A DNA stretch of 64,000 nucleotides from Eledone cirrhosa (lineage: Eukaryota). Location of the stretch: NCBI GenBank assembly GCA_964016885.1, contig OZ024740.1:347200001-347264000 (forward strand). Reading direction: 5' to 3'. Every line of letters starts with the position of its first letter. Within the stretch, counting starts at the first letter, position 1. Shown one piece after another: positions 24,150 through 37,925 of this stretch. A model generated the notes under the pieces. The model searched no databases. It was not told the DNA's origin and worked only from the letters and a program-made list of their open reading frames with translations. Made by a program: the position numbers and the translations under genes.

Positions 24150-26653
24150 TGCCGCTTGGTGCCCCAGTCCCGGCCCCACACCCCAACCCCCTCCCCTCAA
24201 TATGACACCTGTAGCACTTGCGGCACCACTAACAAACAGAAGAGGGGCCGAAACTGTTTGGGGTGCGGCTGCTTCCACCACCTCACCTGCGTTGGCTTGG
24301 CTCATCGAGTTTCCAATGCCCTCGCAGCGTGGAGGTGCAGGAGCTGCCTCTTCCCCACGTCTTCCCAGCCACGGCCGTCTGGCACACCACCAGATGGGCC
24401 AGCGAGCTTATCTGACGCCTGAGCCTCGCTGGTCAACATCGCTCGGCTCAAGCGGCTCTGGAAGATCTCACTCAGGATCCCGAGAGCGGCACGGGTGCCG
24501 GTAGCCGATGCCCTCGCTTCCTCGATTGAGAGCGCCCTGGACTCCAATCGAGCCAGTGACTGGGAGCGGCTGTTCTATTTCGCCCCACTCCCCCTCGGCC
24601 TCCCCTGCTATCGCGCTGACCGGGGCGGCAGGTCAACAACAGCCTTCGTCAAGGCCAATGTCTCGTCATTTGGGCGAGCGCCCGTTCCAAGCGTGCCCAG
24701 GGACGCCACACACCCCACCTTCAGGTACCCCCTCACCCCCGAGGCCAGCGCCAAGCGTTTACGTGACCAGGTAAACGCAAAGCATTGGTGATGTCTCGGC
24801 CGCAGTCTGAGTTGTTGCCTCAGAGGACAATGTCTTCCAACCCACCTAGGAGGTCCTGGATGCTCTGCGGCTCAAACACTCTGATCCATCCACTGATTTC
24901 AGACCCATGCAACCAGGCAGTTCTCCAGCAGCTGCCCATCGGTACCGGCATCCAGGGACTCCAGGCAACTCATTGTCAAGCTTGACATGAGAAATGCCTT
25001 CAATTCTTTACGCCGGGATCATCTGCTCGAGGCCTGCCTCAGCCGAGCCCCCTCTGCCTACCCGCTGGCCTACCTGTCATATGGAGCCCAGAACATGCTC
25101 CTAGCTGCTGATACGGTCATACCCTTGGCTACTGGGATTCAACAGAGCAACCCTTTGGGACCCCTCCTGTTCGCCCTTGGTATTGACCACATCGCCCGGA
25201 GTAGCACGGCCCCTCTCAACGTTTGGTATCTGGATGATGCTACGTTGGGCGAGCCCGTACGGACGGTCTGCCATGACCTTCAATCGGTGGTTCCTGCCCT
25301 GGCGGGAATCGGCCTCCAGGTCAACTCGGCCAAGTCGGAGGTGATGAACGTCAGCCTCGATGCTGCGAGCTTTGCAGTCTCCGTCTTGGACGTGCGGTCC
25401 ATCTCCGCCAGGTTCAGGTTACCCCCAAAGAGGATGACCTCATCCTCGGGTCACCGATCCACCCGCCGGCCATCCGCTCCACCATCAGGTCCAGGCTTCA
25501 ACAGCTCCAGACTCTCACGAGCCGACTGGGCTTGATTGACTGCCACCCAGCTCTCTTTCTGCTAAGGAACTGCTTCGCCATGCCGAAGCTCCTCTATACA
25601 CTCCGCAGTGCTCCATGCTATACCCAGACATCTCTCCTCGCTGACCTCGATACTTGTATCTGAGCAGCAGCCGAGGGGATATGTAACGTCAAGTTTGACG
25701 ACATAGGGTGGCAACAGGCCACTTTACCGGTCAGGTATGGCGGCCTTGGCCTCCGGTCCCCGATCTCACTAGCTTTGCCGGCGTTTTTCGTCGGTTACCT
25801 CGTGTCGCGTCCTCGTCAGCAGGGTTCTTCAAAACACAACAGAACCCTCTGTGTTCAGAGAATGTGAGGCCGCCTGTGAGATATGGGACCGAATGGGACT
25901 TAGCCCAGTAGACGTCCCTCCACCTTCTCCCCTTGTTGACGTCAAGTCCCCCCAACGCACTTGGGATGCCATCCAGTGCAGCCTGGCCTCAGACAGGCTC
26001 ACGCGCCAGCGACCAGCACCGCCTTGCTTGTTTTCGTGCGGCCTCCAAACCACACAGTGGTGCCTGGCTCCATGCCCTGCCCTCCTTCTCCACTGGCACG
26101 CAGCTAGACAACCATAGCCTGCGAATTGTCGTTTCCCTGAGACTCGGCCTCCGGATCTGCCAGCCACACCAATGTCGCTGCGGTTCCACCGTTGACTCTT
26201 TCGGCCTCCACCCGATTTCCTGTCGCCACAGTGCCGGCCGCATTCCACGCCATGCTGCCATCAACGAGGTCATTAAGCATGGCTTGGACGCTGCAGGCTT
26301 CCCTTCCCAGCTCGAGCCGGTGGGGTTGGATCGACGGGACGGCAAAAGGCCAGATGACATGACCATCTTCCCGTTCCGCGGTGGCAAACCCCTCGTCTGG
26401 GATGCCACTTGCACCGAACACTTTCTGCAGCCGCAACCTGGTGCAGACTGCGACTGACCCAGGTTCTGCTGCACGTCGGGCTGAGGGGACCAAACTCCTC
26501 AAATACGGGTCGCTCTCCGACAGCCGCAGGTGTGAGCCCCGCGAGTTGGAGTGGCTTTTCAAGCGCGTCTCCCTTGCCATCCTCCGGGGAAACGCCTTCT
26601 CCATTCTATCCGTTGGGGCTGTCGGTGGGCCCCATCGCGTACCAATACATTAG
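24150..26653 (+). pseudogene. Decayed CRE-clade non-LTR retrotransposon (PHD-RT-CCHC-RLE)
   Basis: GC-rich island. Motifs [65 protein letters not shown] and SLAILRGNA. Many frameshifts and deletions. Confidence 0.85.
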
Positions 26654-29600
26654 TTAAATACCATTTTTCATCTGATATATCTCAAAGTTATATTTTGTAC
26701 AATATATATAACAACGCTATATTTATATGTTACAATCTATATCTACATACAACGATGAATAACGTAGAATACAAGTTAAGATCCCAGGAATTCATTATTG
26801 CGATGCAATTTCGACTGCAGTTAACGCAATGTCACTTTTCTTAAAAGGTTGATTCCTTGGGTACAGGGATATACCTTACTTCATGTATTAGGTCATTGTA
26901 TCGAATCAAAGGAATACTAAGCAATCACCCCCCACCACCCTCAAAAAAAATCTACTACCTAAGAAATTAGATTAATTATTGTGCGTATTTAGGGTACTGA
27001 TTGCAAATAGACTACTAGTTGCTCTCATTCCCCTCTAAATACTACTAGATCATCTCATCCTCCACATTCATATGCTGACGCATCTATTTAAGAGACCAAA
27101 TGTTGGTTTTTCGTAGCATCTGAAATTCAAGAGTTATCTTTAGATATATATGAATTGTTGATTCTAATCATGGCATCATATTCGTCCTATCAACTCTAAT
27201 TAATTAAAGATCAGGCTATTCATAACAATAATGTTAACAATATTAAAGCTGCCAACATATTATATGCTATCATTATTCCATGAATAAAGTATAATATTAG
27301 ATATTCACAAAAATTAGTGAAAATATGTTGATGGAGGAAACAAATTATTAACGAATTGTGAAATATACAAAAAAAAATTATTTTAGTTGTTAAAGTAAAT
27401 TTGATGCACCTTTTGTAAAGAGTGGTCCAAGTATAGCCAAACGTTCGTCTAATTCGTAAGCCTCGAAAAGCTAAGGAGTTAGTGATGTTCTTAATTCTAT
27501 TATATGAGACGGTAAATCAAAATATAAAGTGGTATGCAGTATATCTAGAATTAGTGTCGTCATGATAAAACCATTTTTATATTTGAAATCAGTACCCCAA
27601 ACATACTTACTAATAGGTCTAACCTTTTAGCAAAATGTATATTGGTCTATATTATATATTTCGATACGAAGGTAAAAATAGTATTGTATTTACTACGGCA
27701 GACGTATTCGATTATTTTTCTCTAAATCACTCTTTGCCACCACAACAAATCTTTATAATTGGCTGTGTATTGGACAAGTGAAAGTTAAATATCAAAGTCG
27801 TTGGCATAGCACAGTATCAATAACAGTTCGGCAAATATTGACACTTGGTTGTGATAATTTTCATATATTTAATACACTTAATTTCAACAATTTAAAGAAG
27901 TTTGCTTTCATGAATATTTTGTAATGTTTCTTTTGTTTATATTTTATGTCTGTATGCACTTTCTTGCCTAAAACAGAAATACATCCTAATGCTAACTTGA
28001 AGCTAAATTTCAATGTGATGAATTCATTTACAGATAAATCTGCTGGTGAACACTGTTTACCAAACCTCCAACATATAAGACAGAACGGAAATTGAAAAGT
28101 CATTGAAACTTACGTTTTCGCTTCTTTAGTCGAACAGCTGATTTCTGATACTTCACGAGTATTTTTTCGACTTTATTTTTTATGTATATATTTGTCATTA
28201 TATCTCGGAATTACCATATTCTTTTAGATTGATACCAGTTTTTTTTTCCTCATTTTGTATATTTCTTTGGGAAAATATAATAAGATGAATTATCAAATTT
28301 CCCTTAACTAATAGAAACGGATATTTCTTTCATTGTATGCTGCAATACTTTTTATCCTAATTCCTGTATGTTTTATTTACTTTATTTTATTTTTGCTCCA
28401 TTTTTATATCGGTTTGTAACACTTAAATACAATTCACTCTATGCAATAATAAATCTTTAAAATATAATATAAAACAATGAAGGAAAACATCTAAATACCT
28501 GTTGTGTTCTTTTGCATCCATTTCGTTAGAATATATAGTCTTTTAGATATTTAATATTAGTTTCCTAAGAGAAATGAACAACAACAGACAGACATTTCTT
28601 GGGAAATTAAAAAAAACGAGAAGGAAAAGAAAATCAAAACAACGTTACTATTACAAGAAATGTGTAAGTGAAGATTAGATTCGTTCACAATATCTGGTTG
28701 CCAGATGTAAAATATTTCATCAATTTCTCTATGTATATTCACGAGGAAAAACACATTCTTAGACACATGAAAAGTTCTCCTATAAATATTAGCATGAGAA
28801 GCTTAAGTTGAATTATTACTTATCATATGAAAATATAATTGTACAATTGAAAAGGAGACTTAGGTGACACTATACACGAGGCAACTGCAACATTTCTATG
28901 GAAGAATACACTGGAACTCTATGTTTTAATACACATAACAATTTAGCTTTGTTCAGGCAAGTAAACCACCAGGTTCCACAACGGGTGTTATAGTTTTTTT
29001 AATATGTTAATGGAGAGATAAAACGTGTTGTGTAACCATTTTAGTATCACCATATAGTGAGTTTACAATCGTAGGCTTATTTCATAAAAGAAAAACCAAT
29101 GTGTGTTTGTACCAAATATGAAGAGACAGGTAGTGTCCAGAACTGTGATTGAAATATACAATGGAATGTGGCGGTCAGTTGTCTGTGCTATTTTAGGAAG
29201 TGATCAAATAGGAGGAATGGGTTGTGTGGTTATTGTATATAGCACACTGAGAACGGAAGTTGAGTCTGTGCGAGTGGAATGGTGTGTATGACACAGAAAG
29301 AGGTGTTTAAGCTGTGATAGTAGTTGAGGAGTTTATGGTAGTTTCAATGGTCACTGTGAGGGCAATCTAATGTGTCTATTTCTGGTGATGGTGGTGGTGG
29401 TGGTGGTGCTGGTGCTGGTGCCGGTTCTGGTAGTTGTGTGCCTGTGTGTATGTGTGTATTTGTGTGTGGGTGTGTGTGTGCGTGTGTATGTGTATGTGTG
29501 TGATCATGTTAGTTTAACTGATGAATTTCATTGGTTTATTTAACTAGTAAAGTTTGTTCACATTAATTAGTCGAGTGTGTTAGTATAAATGTTATAGTGT

Positions 29601-30067
29601 TCAATCCGGCTAGTTTAATTAATTGGTTGTGTTAATATAGTTAGTCGGTCATTTCAGTATAATTATTTAATTACTTAGTATAATTAGTTGTGTTTACCTA
29701 CCTATTGTCGTATTGGAGCAAGTAAACAAAATTGAAGGTGCTGCGAAAAGAATCCTTAACTAGAACGGAGGACAAGCAGTTGGGACTAGTGTGATTGGTG
29801 GTATTCGATATGAAGCTGCTCATGGGGCAGCGAAGATAGGTTTAGCAGGGGGATTTCAGGAAGAAGTTAACGAAGAAGGAAATTGCCGATGAGGAAATTT
29901 CATGGGTTGCAAGCTGGATTGAAGGATAAGAGATGAGGGAGAGGGAGATGACGGACATGGAGGCATCCGACTGATAAATAGTTCGAGATTAACAAGAGAA
30001 ACACAGTAAATCAACAATATAAAGAAGTCAGATTATTTACACACTCGTTGGAAAACGAAAATGATTG

Positions 30068-30103
30068 TTTCAACGTTTCGGAAGTCGGTCATTTATCAGG
30101 AAA
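30068..30103 (-). ncRNA. Degenerate minimal hammerhead motif
   Basis: tttc-CTGATAA-atgaccgacttcc-GAAA-cg-TT-gaaa. G8A change and weak stem II. Confidence 0.45.
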
Positions 30104-30192
30104 TGTTCGGAAATGTGTGGATTAAATTTTTGGGAAAAGAATTTAGAGTGCTGCAAGATGAGCGACCTCACCTTTAATTATGAACACTATAC

Positions 30193-30296
30193 TCTTTCTG
30201 ATGAAGTATAATATTTCATGTAATGCTTGCAATTGAGCATAACAATATGTAATTAGCACTCGGAGACTGATATTGTATTGAAACATATGTTAAAGA
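30193..30296 (+). ncRNA. Hammerhead motif with long stem II insert
   Basis: tcttt-CTGATGA-agtataatat...atattgtatt-GAAA-catatg-TT-aaaga. Palindromic stem III acatatgt. Confidence 0.75.
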
Positions 30297-30843
30297 ACGG
30301 ATTCTAAATAAATATTTCTCCTCCTTTACTTCTTGCCTAGTCGCTTCTTTTTCCGAGTATACCTTTAAATTTATATATATATATACCTTTAAATTTATAT
30401 ATATATATATTGCCTATTAACACACGTTATATAGCTATTGCATGAACTAATTTAATTCATTTAATTCATTTCTTCTACGATTACCTACGTACATTTGTGT
30501 TGCTTTCAATTTTAAAAATATTACTGTCCCATATAGGTATGTAGATATTTCGTCTTGTTTTTCATTTTATTTGATTTTGTTTTTTTGTCCAACATCCGCT
30601 GAGCTTTCATCCCGAATAACTATCCATGGGTACTCCATAGATTCTATTGATGTATGGTGGTGAATAGTCCAGTCTTACAAAGCAGCCGAAATGATAATGA
30701 TGCCCAGAAGAGATCCAACGAGCGGAAATTGTCCATATACTTGTCTCTTCCATTTTTATTTTTTATTTTTTATATTTCTCCAACTTTTTTACTTAATGAT
30801 ATTGTCATTTTACCTCATTGTTCACTTCTGCTGTGAAACACTA

Positions 30844-30995
<152 letters not shown>

Positions 30996-31414
30996 AATCA
31001 GTTCCACAACAAATTAGAAAACCATACTCGAGGATGCGCGTTTCACCCAATGGATATCCAACCCGGGTAAGATTTTGCTGAGAACTGAAGTGTATGTGAG
31101 CTGATTGGATTCTGCGCATGGACGGCGACAAGAGAGATAACTCAAGTTAGACTGGTGAAGGGGAGATAATTTACGTTTGATTTATTTACTCCATTCAATG
31201 GAATGTTCTGACCAAATCTAGGCCATACGGAAATGGAAATGTGTCCTGTAGGCTGTGTAACGATGAATAAATGAATATCTTGCAGATATTACGTAATAGT
31301 ACCTGACTCAAAGAACCATTTTGTTTATTTGCTGCCCCAAGCCACGAAATACATGTTACGTTACTACAATGACCTGGGATATATCTTACCCGGAATGAAA
31401 AATATGTTTTTAAA

Positions 31415-32636
31415 AAATACCTCATGCGGTTGAGATTTATGATATCGTCTATATTGAATGGAAGGCATAAGATCAAGGCAAGGAATACATGGGCTGTGTC
31501 TGTCATGAGCTATGGGGCGGGATTTATTAAATTTAGGAAAGATGAATTGGAAAGTATTGTTAGGAAATTTAGGCAGCTCATGACAGTGCATAAAGAATTC
31601 ATCCCAAAGAGTAATGTCGCAAGGCTTTATGTTGGAAGAAAAGAAGTTGAGAAAATTGTGTCAAAAGGAAATAACCTAGCTTGGTACCATTCAAATTTAA
31701 CGGGTAATATCGTGTTAGGTTAAAGAGAACTCGACACAGAAATCTGTTGACGACGTAGCACCAAATAAATGCAAGAAAAGAGTGAAAACAAGAACTTGAA
31801 AAGAAACAGTAGGATAAACCTAAGCATGGACATTACACTAGGGATACAGTAGGCATTGATTGGAAAGATATCTGGTCGTGGCTTACGAATAACGATCTAA
31901 TATGATACATTGAAGTTCTGGTCAGAAGCGTCGAGGAGCAGGCTGTTCAATTTAACTACATAAAACATCATATTGCCAAAACAATAAAATCACCATTATG
32001 TGGAATATGAAGGACAAAAGGAGAAACGGGCAGCCATATTGTAAGTAAATGTGTAGAGTTGGCACAGCGAGAGTACAAATGACGACATGATAATGTTGCA
32101 GATATAACCATTGTATGATATCTGAGAAATATGGGTCCCCCAGAGCAACTAAATTATATGAACTGAGACTAGAAGGTGTGAGAATGACAAGGTTAAGCTT
32201 TTTTTTTTTGTTTCAACATTCAATGAGATAGAATGATTGAGGCAAGAAAGCCAAACATTTAAAATGTGAACAAGAAGAAAAGCGTCCCGAATTATTGACA
32301 TAATCTATACCAGGCGATAGTGGAGTGAATGATGTAGAGCATGGAAAGATGGAGAAGTATGAGCCACTGAAGGAAGAGGTTCGACAGTTGGGGGAGATAA
32401 AGAAGGTTTTAGTGATTCCTGAGGAGAGCGGAACATTTAAATGCATATCGGACAGTTTTGTTGATGCATAAATAGAATCGGAATTGATGCAATGTTACAA
32501 GTCATTCTGAAATAAACACTTCTTTGAATAACAAGGATTTTAAGGAAACTCCTATGTTAGACATTGTTGATTACTTCCTAACTGAAATATCCTGAGCGTT
32601 TGACATTTAAGTGTCTGAGGTTTACAAAAATGAACT
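31415..32636 (+). pseudogene. Ancient R4/Dong-like relic
   Basis: LNGRHKIKARNTWAVSVMSYGAG...RLYVGRKE and remnants of ETGSHIVSKC / RHDNVA, followed by (AAT)n. Confidence 0.7.
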
Positions 32637-32669
32637 ATAATAATGATAATAATAATAATAATAATAATA

Positions 32670-33577
32670 ACTGTACTGAAGGAGGGGACAGTAGGCCAGG
32701 GGATATCCAAGGAGGAAATAACATCAAGGAGGAAGAGCAGCCTTAAGGGAAAATCCCTTCATAGTACCTTCTTTGAGAAAACTGAATTTAGAGATCCACA
32801 GACATGGAACTGGTTGAGAAGAGGAGACCTCAAAAAGGCTACAGAAGGAATGCTAATGGCTGCGCAGGAGCAGGCCCTCAAAACGAAGTGGTTGAAGCAC
32901 CATATCTACAAGGAGGAGGCTAGCCCACTGTGCAGGATCTGTGGAGAGAGAGAGGAGACTGTGGCTCACATTGTGTCCGAGTGTAAACACCTAGCCCAGA
33001 CACACTATAAGGGCTGGAGACACGATGTGATGGGCAGGGTGATCCACTGGCACCTGTGCAAAGTAAACAATCTACCACATTCTGAGAAATGGTATGAGCA
33101 TAGGCCAGAGGCGGTGATGGAGAACAGTCAGGTGAAGGTGCTGTGGGATTTTAGGATACAGACGGACAAAAAACTGGAACACAATAGACCTGACCTGGTG
33201 GTTGTGGACAAAGAAAAAAGATCGTGCCTGATTGTGGATGTGGCCTGCCCGTTCGACACGAGAGTGCAAGAGAAGGAGAGGGAGAAAATTAACCGATACC
33301 AGGACCTAAAGTGGGAGGTGAAAAGGATTTGGAACTGCCATGAAGTCAAAGTGATCCCGATTGTCATAGGCGCACTGGGGACTATCTCCAAAGGTTTCCA
33401 GGGATGGTTAAAGAAAATCGGCCCCTTCACGCTTTTTGGAACGCTTCAAAAGGCATGCTTGCTTGGAACAGCAAGAACCCTCCGATACGTCCTGAATATC
33501 TGAGGCTGCAGGTAGTGGCTTGATATTCAATCCAACGGACTTTCCAGTTCACCAACATCAATGACTGAGATTCAAGG
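32670..33577 (+). mobile_element. R4/Dong-like family 2, 5'-truncated (CCHC + RLE)
   Basis: CRICGEREETVAHIVSEC, RHD, RPDL, VDVACP and K..RY motifs. Flanked by (AAT)n. Confidence 0.9.
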
Positions 33578-33615
33578 AATAACAATAACAATAATAATAA
33601 TAATAATAATAATAA

Positions 33616-36600
33616 ACAACAAAAAGAAAACCCTGTGACCAAGAAATACCGGGATGGCGGCCGGCGGGGAATAGCCATGTCTCTAGGGGAGAACGACCCC
33701 TCTAGTCTTGGTTGACACTCGTTCTAGAAGTGGTAACACGAAATGATTACCCCTTGGCGGATAAGGATAAAACGCGACAAAATAAAGTAAATGTCTAATG
33801 ATAAAATCTCATACCGGATCGGCCGTCACCCGGGTAAAAAAGGGCCGCGTCCCTCAGAGAGGAACCAGACTTGGGTCGAAAAATCAGCTAATGGTTCAAA
33901 CCTTCCCATCACTTCGGAGCTGGAGACCTCCCATAACCGGAATACTCCTACTGTTGGCCCTCCATGCTCACCACCAAGAAATCCAAAGAAAAAGAGAGAA
34001 AAATGGTCAAGGGAAGATAATAAAGAAGTCCTTGAGGCTTTCTACACTGCCATGTACTACCCATCAAATACATCGAATACAGAACAAACATATATCAACT
34101 GTAAAAAGAAACATCCCGAAAACAGAGGCTATATTGACAGTAACAAACTAGCCAATATACGAAGAAATATTGTAAGAAAAAAGTTACTAACTGATATAGA
34201 AATTGATCAGATCAAGCTAGTAGCACAAAGTCAGCGAAGGGAAAATGAAGCATGTGTCAGTGAAAACGAGGTAAACTGTAACACTTCGAATCCCAAGGTT
34301 GGGGCGGAATCATTGGCAACAGAGCAAATTAAAGAAAGGAGCGAAAAAGTGGAGGGAGTGTATGCTCAGGATGAAACTCCAAATGAAAATAATGAGATCG
34401 TAAATGATAAAGAAATGAATGAGAATGAACTTGCCAACTTGAAGGATGAAATTATGATCGAATGGATGAAAATGAAAGAATCTGACATGGGGCAACGAGA
34501 CAACCTCCCTGAGATCCAGAACTCCAAACAGAACCAAAAGATAATACACAAGAATAACATAATTCTCAAAAACATTATCATCACAAACAAACTAAACATT
34601 ACTGACTTAAATCATCTCTATTATGCATCAGCTAAAGTCACCACTCACTTATGTGGAGTGAAGATGAAAAAACAAAGGAATTCCCACAAGAAATCTACTT
34701 GGCAAGATAACATAAATCGCCAAATAAACCTTCTCCGATCTGACATAGAAATTTTAACAAACTATAAAGTAGGTGAACATGTTAAACAAACTAAACTTAG
34801 AAAATTGAAAAAAAAGTACAGTATAAGATCAACATGTGACATAGACATGCTGATAGAAACAATCAAGCAAAAAGTGTCGGCCAAAGCTGCTCGTATAAGG
34901 CGCTTTGAAAAACGATCTAGATTCTATAAGGACAATAATATGTTCAAAAACAACCAAAGAAACTTCTACAGAAAAATTGGTAAGTCAACAATAACTGCTA
35001 AATCAATACCACCCAAGGAGGAAGTGCAAGAATTCTGGGAAAAGATCTGGACCGAAGAAAAAGTTCATAACATACATGCCCCATGGATAGACAGACAAAT
35101 GAAAGAAACAGCTCACCTTGAAGAACAAATATGGGAAAATATAACAGTTGAACAGCTACGCTTGGCTCTAAGAAAAACCAGCAAATGGAAATCCCCAGGA
35201 AAAGACAAAATACAAAACTTTTGGATAAATGCCTTCACAGAGTCTCATGAGCTGTTAGCCCAACTTTACAATGAAATAGTTAAGGAGCCAGAAAAGATAC
35301 CATCATGGATACATTCCTGCTACCGAAGAATGATGAGACAAACAATCCCAAAAAGTACAGACCGATAACCTGCTTGACCACAATGTATAAAATTTTAACA
35401 TCAGTCCTAACTGAATACACATATGACCACCTGATAACAAATGACTTATTTCCCATTGAGCAGAAAGGGTGTAAACGAGGCTCATATGGCTGTAAGGATC
35501 AGCTTCTGGTTAACAAAATGATACTGGAAGATTGTCATAATAGACACAAAAATCTATCGATTGCTTGGATAGATTATAAAAAAGCATTCGATAGTTTGCC
35601 ACACAGTTGGATTGAAAAATGTTTAAAGATTTTCAAAATATCCCCCGTTGTCAGGAGGTTTTTGTCATTCAGTATGAGGACATGGAGAACGACACTCCTT
35701 TTGAATAGTGAAACAAAATCACTGGAAGCTGGAGAAGTTAACATTAATTGTGGAATTTTTCAGGGTGACTCTTTATCACCGCTTTTATTCTGCATCGCAC
35801 TTATACCATTAAGTAAAATGCTCAATGAAACAAAACATGGATATAGAGTCTATGACAAAACCATTAATCACCTGTTCTACATGGATGACCTGAAACTATT
35901 TGCAAAAGATGATGAACAATTGCAAGGGCTATTATCCACTGTGAAGCAGTTCAGTGATGACATTAAAATGGAGTTTGGACTGGATAAATGCGCCAAAAGC
36001 AACATTCACCAGAGGAAAGCTGCGGAAGAGTTCAGACATTAATCTTGATCAGGGGAACGTGATAAGAGAGCTTGATCAAGAAAAAACTTACAAATATCTA
36101 GGTGTTTGTGAAGGAGACGGAATCAAGCACTCGACAATGAGGGAAAGGATAAGGAAGGAATGTTACCGCAGAGTCAGAGCAATCTTAAGAACGGAATTGA
36201 ATGCAAGGAATAGGATCGATGCCATAAACACGCTTGCCATACCAGTAGTAACCTACAGTTACAATGTCATCAACTGGTCAAGCACAGAGATCCGTAGGCT
36301 CGATACAAAAATCCGAAAATTCTTAACCATGCACAGAATGCATCACCCTAAGGTGGACATAGATAGAATATATCTCCCTAGGAAAGAAGGAGGACGTGGG
36401 TTAATCCAGTTAGACATTGCGTTGAAAACTGCAACAATTGGATTATCCACATATCTAAGGGAATCACATGATTGGATGATCAAACTCGTTTTGAAACACG
36501 AAAGCACCAAAAGATCATATTCCATTACAAAAGATGCACAAAGATACAGTAATGGACTATAAATTTCAGAAGACCCATTTACTGCTGAAATGGAAAACAC

Positions 36601-37570
36601 AGAAAAAGCAAAGCAGGTAAAAGTAACTGCAAAGAAAGAACTGCTACAGAAACTGGCTAAGAAATGGCAAGAAAAGCCTCTGTATGGAAAATACCCAGAG
36701 CGAGCTAACAATCCTGATGTTGACAAAACTTTAACCCATCAGTGGTTGGCATCCTCTGGACTGAAATCGGAGACTGAAGGACTGATTATATCGGAACAAG
36801 ATCAGTGTCTGCCAACAAAAAATTACCAAGCCAACATAATAAAAAATGGGTGCAACCCATTATGCCGTGTATGCAAAAAACAACCAGAGACCATTGACCA
36901 TATAATTTCAATGTGCAGTCCTATAGCTCCAACCGAATACCTAAACAGGCATGACAGAGCTGCACAATACATACATTGGATAATGTGTAAGCATTTTGAC
37001 CTGCCCCATCAAAAGAATTGGTGGGAGCATCAACCACCTCCCATACTTGAAAAAGATCACATCTCAATCTTGTGGAACTTTAGCATCCAAACAGACCGAA
37101 AAATAGATGCAAATAGACCTGATATAATATTGAAGGACTTTCAAAGGAGGGTATGCCTGCTAATTGATATGTCTGTTCCAATAGACAAGAATGTATCTAT
37201 AAAAACATTTGAAAAATTGAGCAAGTATAAGGACCTGGAGATAGAAATTGGAAAAATGTGGAAATTGAGAACTAAAACAATACCAGTGGTTGTAGGCGCT
37301 CTGGGAATGATACCTAAGGGGTCTAACGACTACTTATCGCAAATCCCAGGAAACCCGCGTATAGGAGAAATACAAAAGATAGTACTAATGGGAACTGCCC
37401 ATATACTAAGGAAGATCCTGTCAATATAAGTACATCACAAGTCTAAACACTAAAGATGCATGTGGGAATATGTATGTTCTTTCTTGAACATGGCGGACCT
37501 TGTTGTCTCTTGAGGTCACTCGTTGTGACTTGGTGATAACTCGTATGAACATAAAGCAAGATAAATGCAA
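33616..37570 (+). mobile_element. R4/Dong-like family 1, near full-length with 5'UTR, disrupted ORF (33791-37429)
   Basis: Fragments 33791-35368, 35305-36042, 35954-36562 and 36590-37429 match the uninterrupted copy at 54254-57893. Small deletion near 35308, frameshift near 35995, stop at 36560. Confidence 0.93.
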
Positions 37571-37589
37571 ATAATAATAATATTAATAA

Positions 37590-37842
37590 GGTCTAATGAT
37601 TACATATCGCAAATCCCAGGAAACCCGCGTATAGGAGAAATACAAAAGATAGTATTAATGGGAACTGCCAATATACTAAGGAAGATTCTGTCAATATAAG
37701 TACATCACAAGTCTAAACACTAAAGATGCATGTGTGAATATGTATGTTCTTTCTTGAACATGGCGGACCTTGTTGTCTCTTGAGGTCACTGGTTGTGACT
37801 TGGTGATAACTCGTATGAACATAAAGCAAGATAAATGCAACT

Positions 37843-37843
<1 letters not shown>
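37590..37843 (+). mobile_element. Family 1 short 3' fragment
   Basis: Repeats 37320-37570, followed by (AAT)n. Confidence 0.9.

Positions 37844-37923
<80 letters not shown>

Positions 37924-37925
<2 letters not shown>

Noticed and set aside
26700-28800. AT-rich unique-looking region as possible host exons
   Set aside because: No ORF with recognisable homology or convincing splice pattern.
28850-29400. Possible decayed Penelope RT on the minus strand near the 30-kb HHRs
   Set aside because: Only vague peptide resemblance; no catalytic motif could be confirmed without a translated search.
32643-32670. Poly-Ile/poly-Asn N-termini on ORFs 32643, 45521 and 58029
   Set aside because: Read-through of (AAT)n into truncated retrotransposon ORFs, not real starts.
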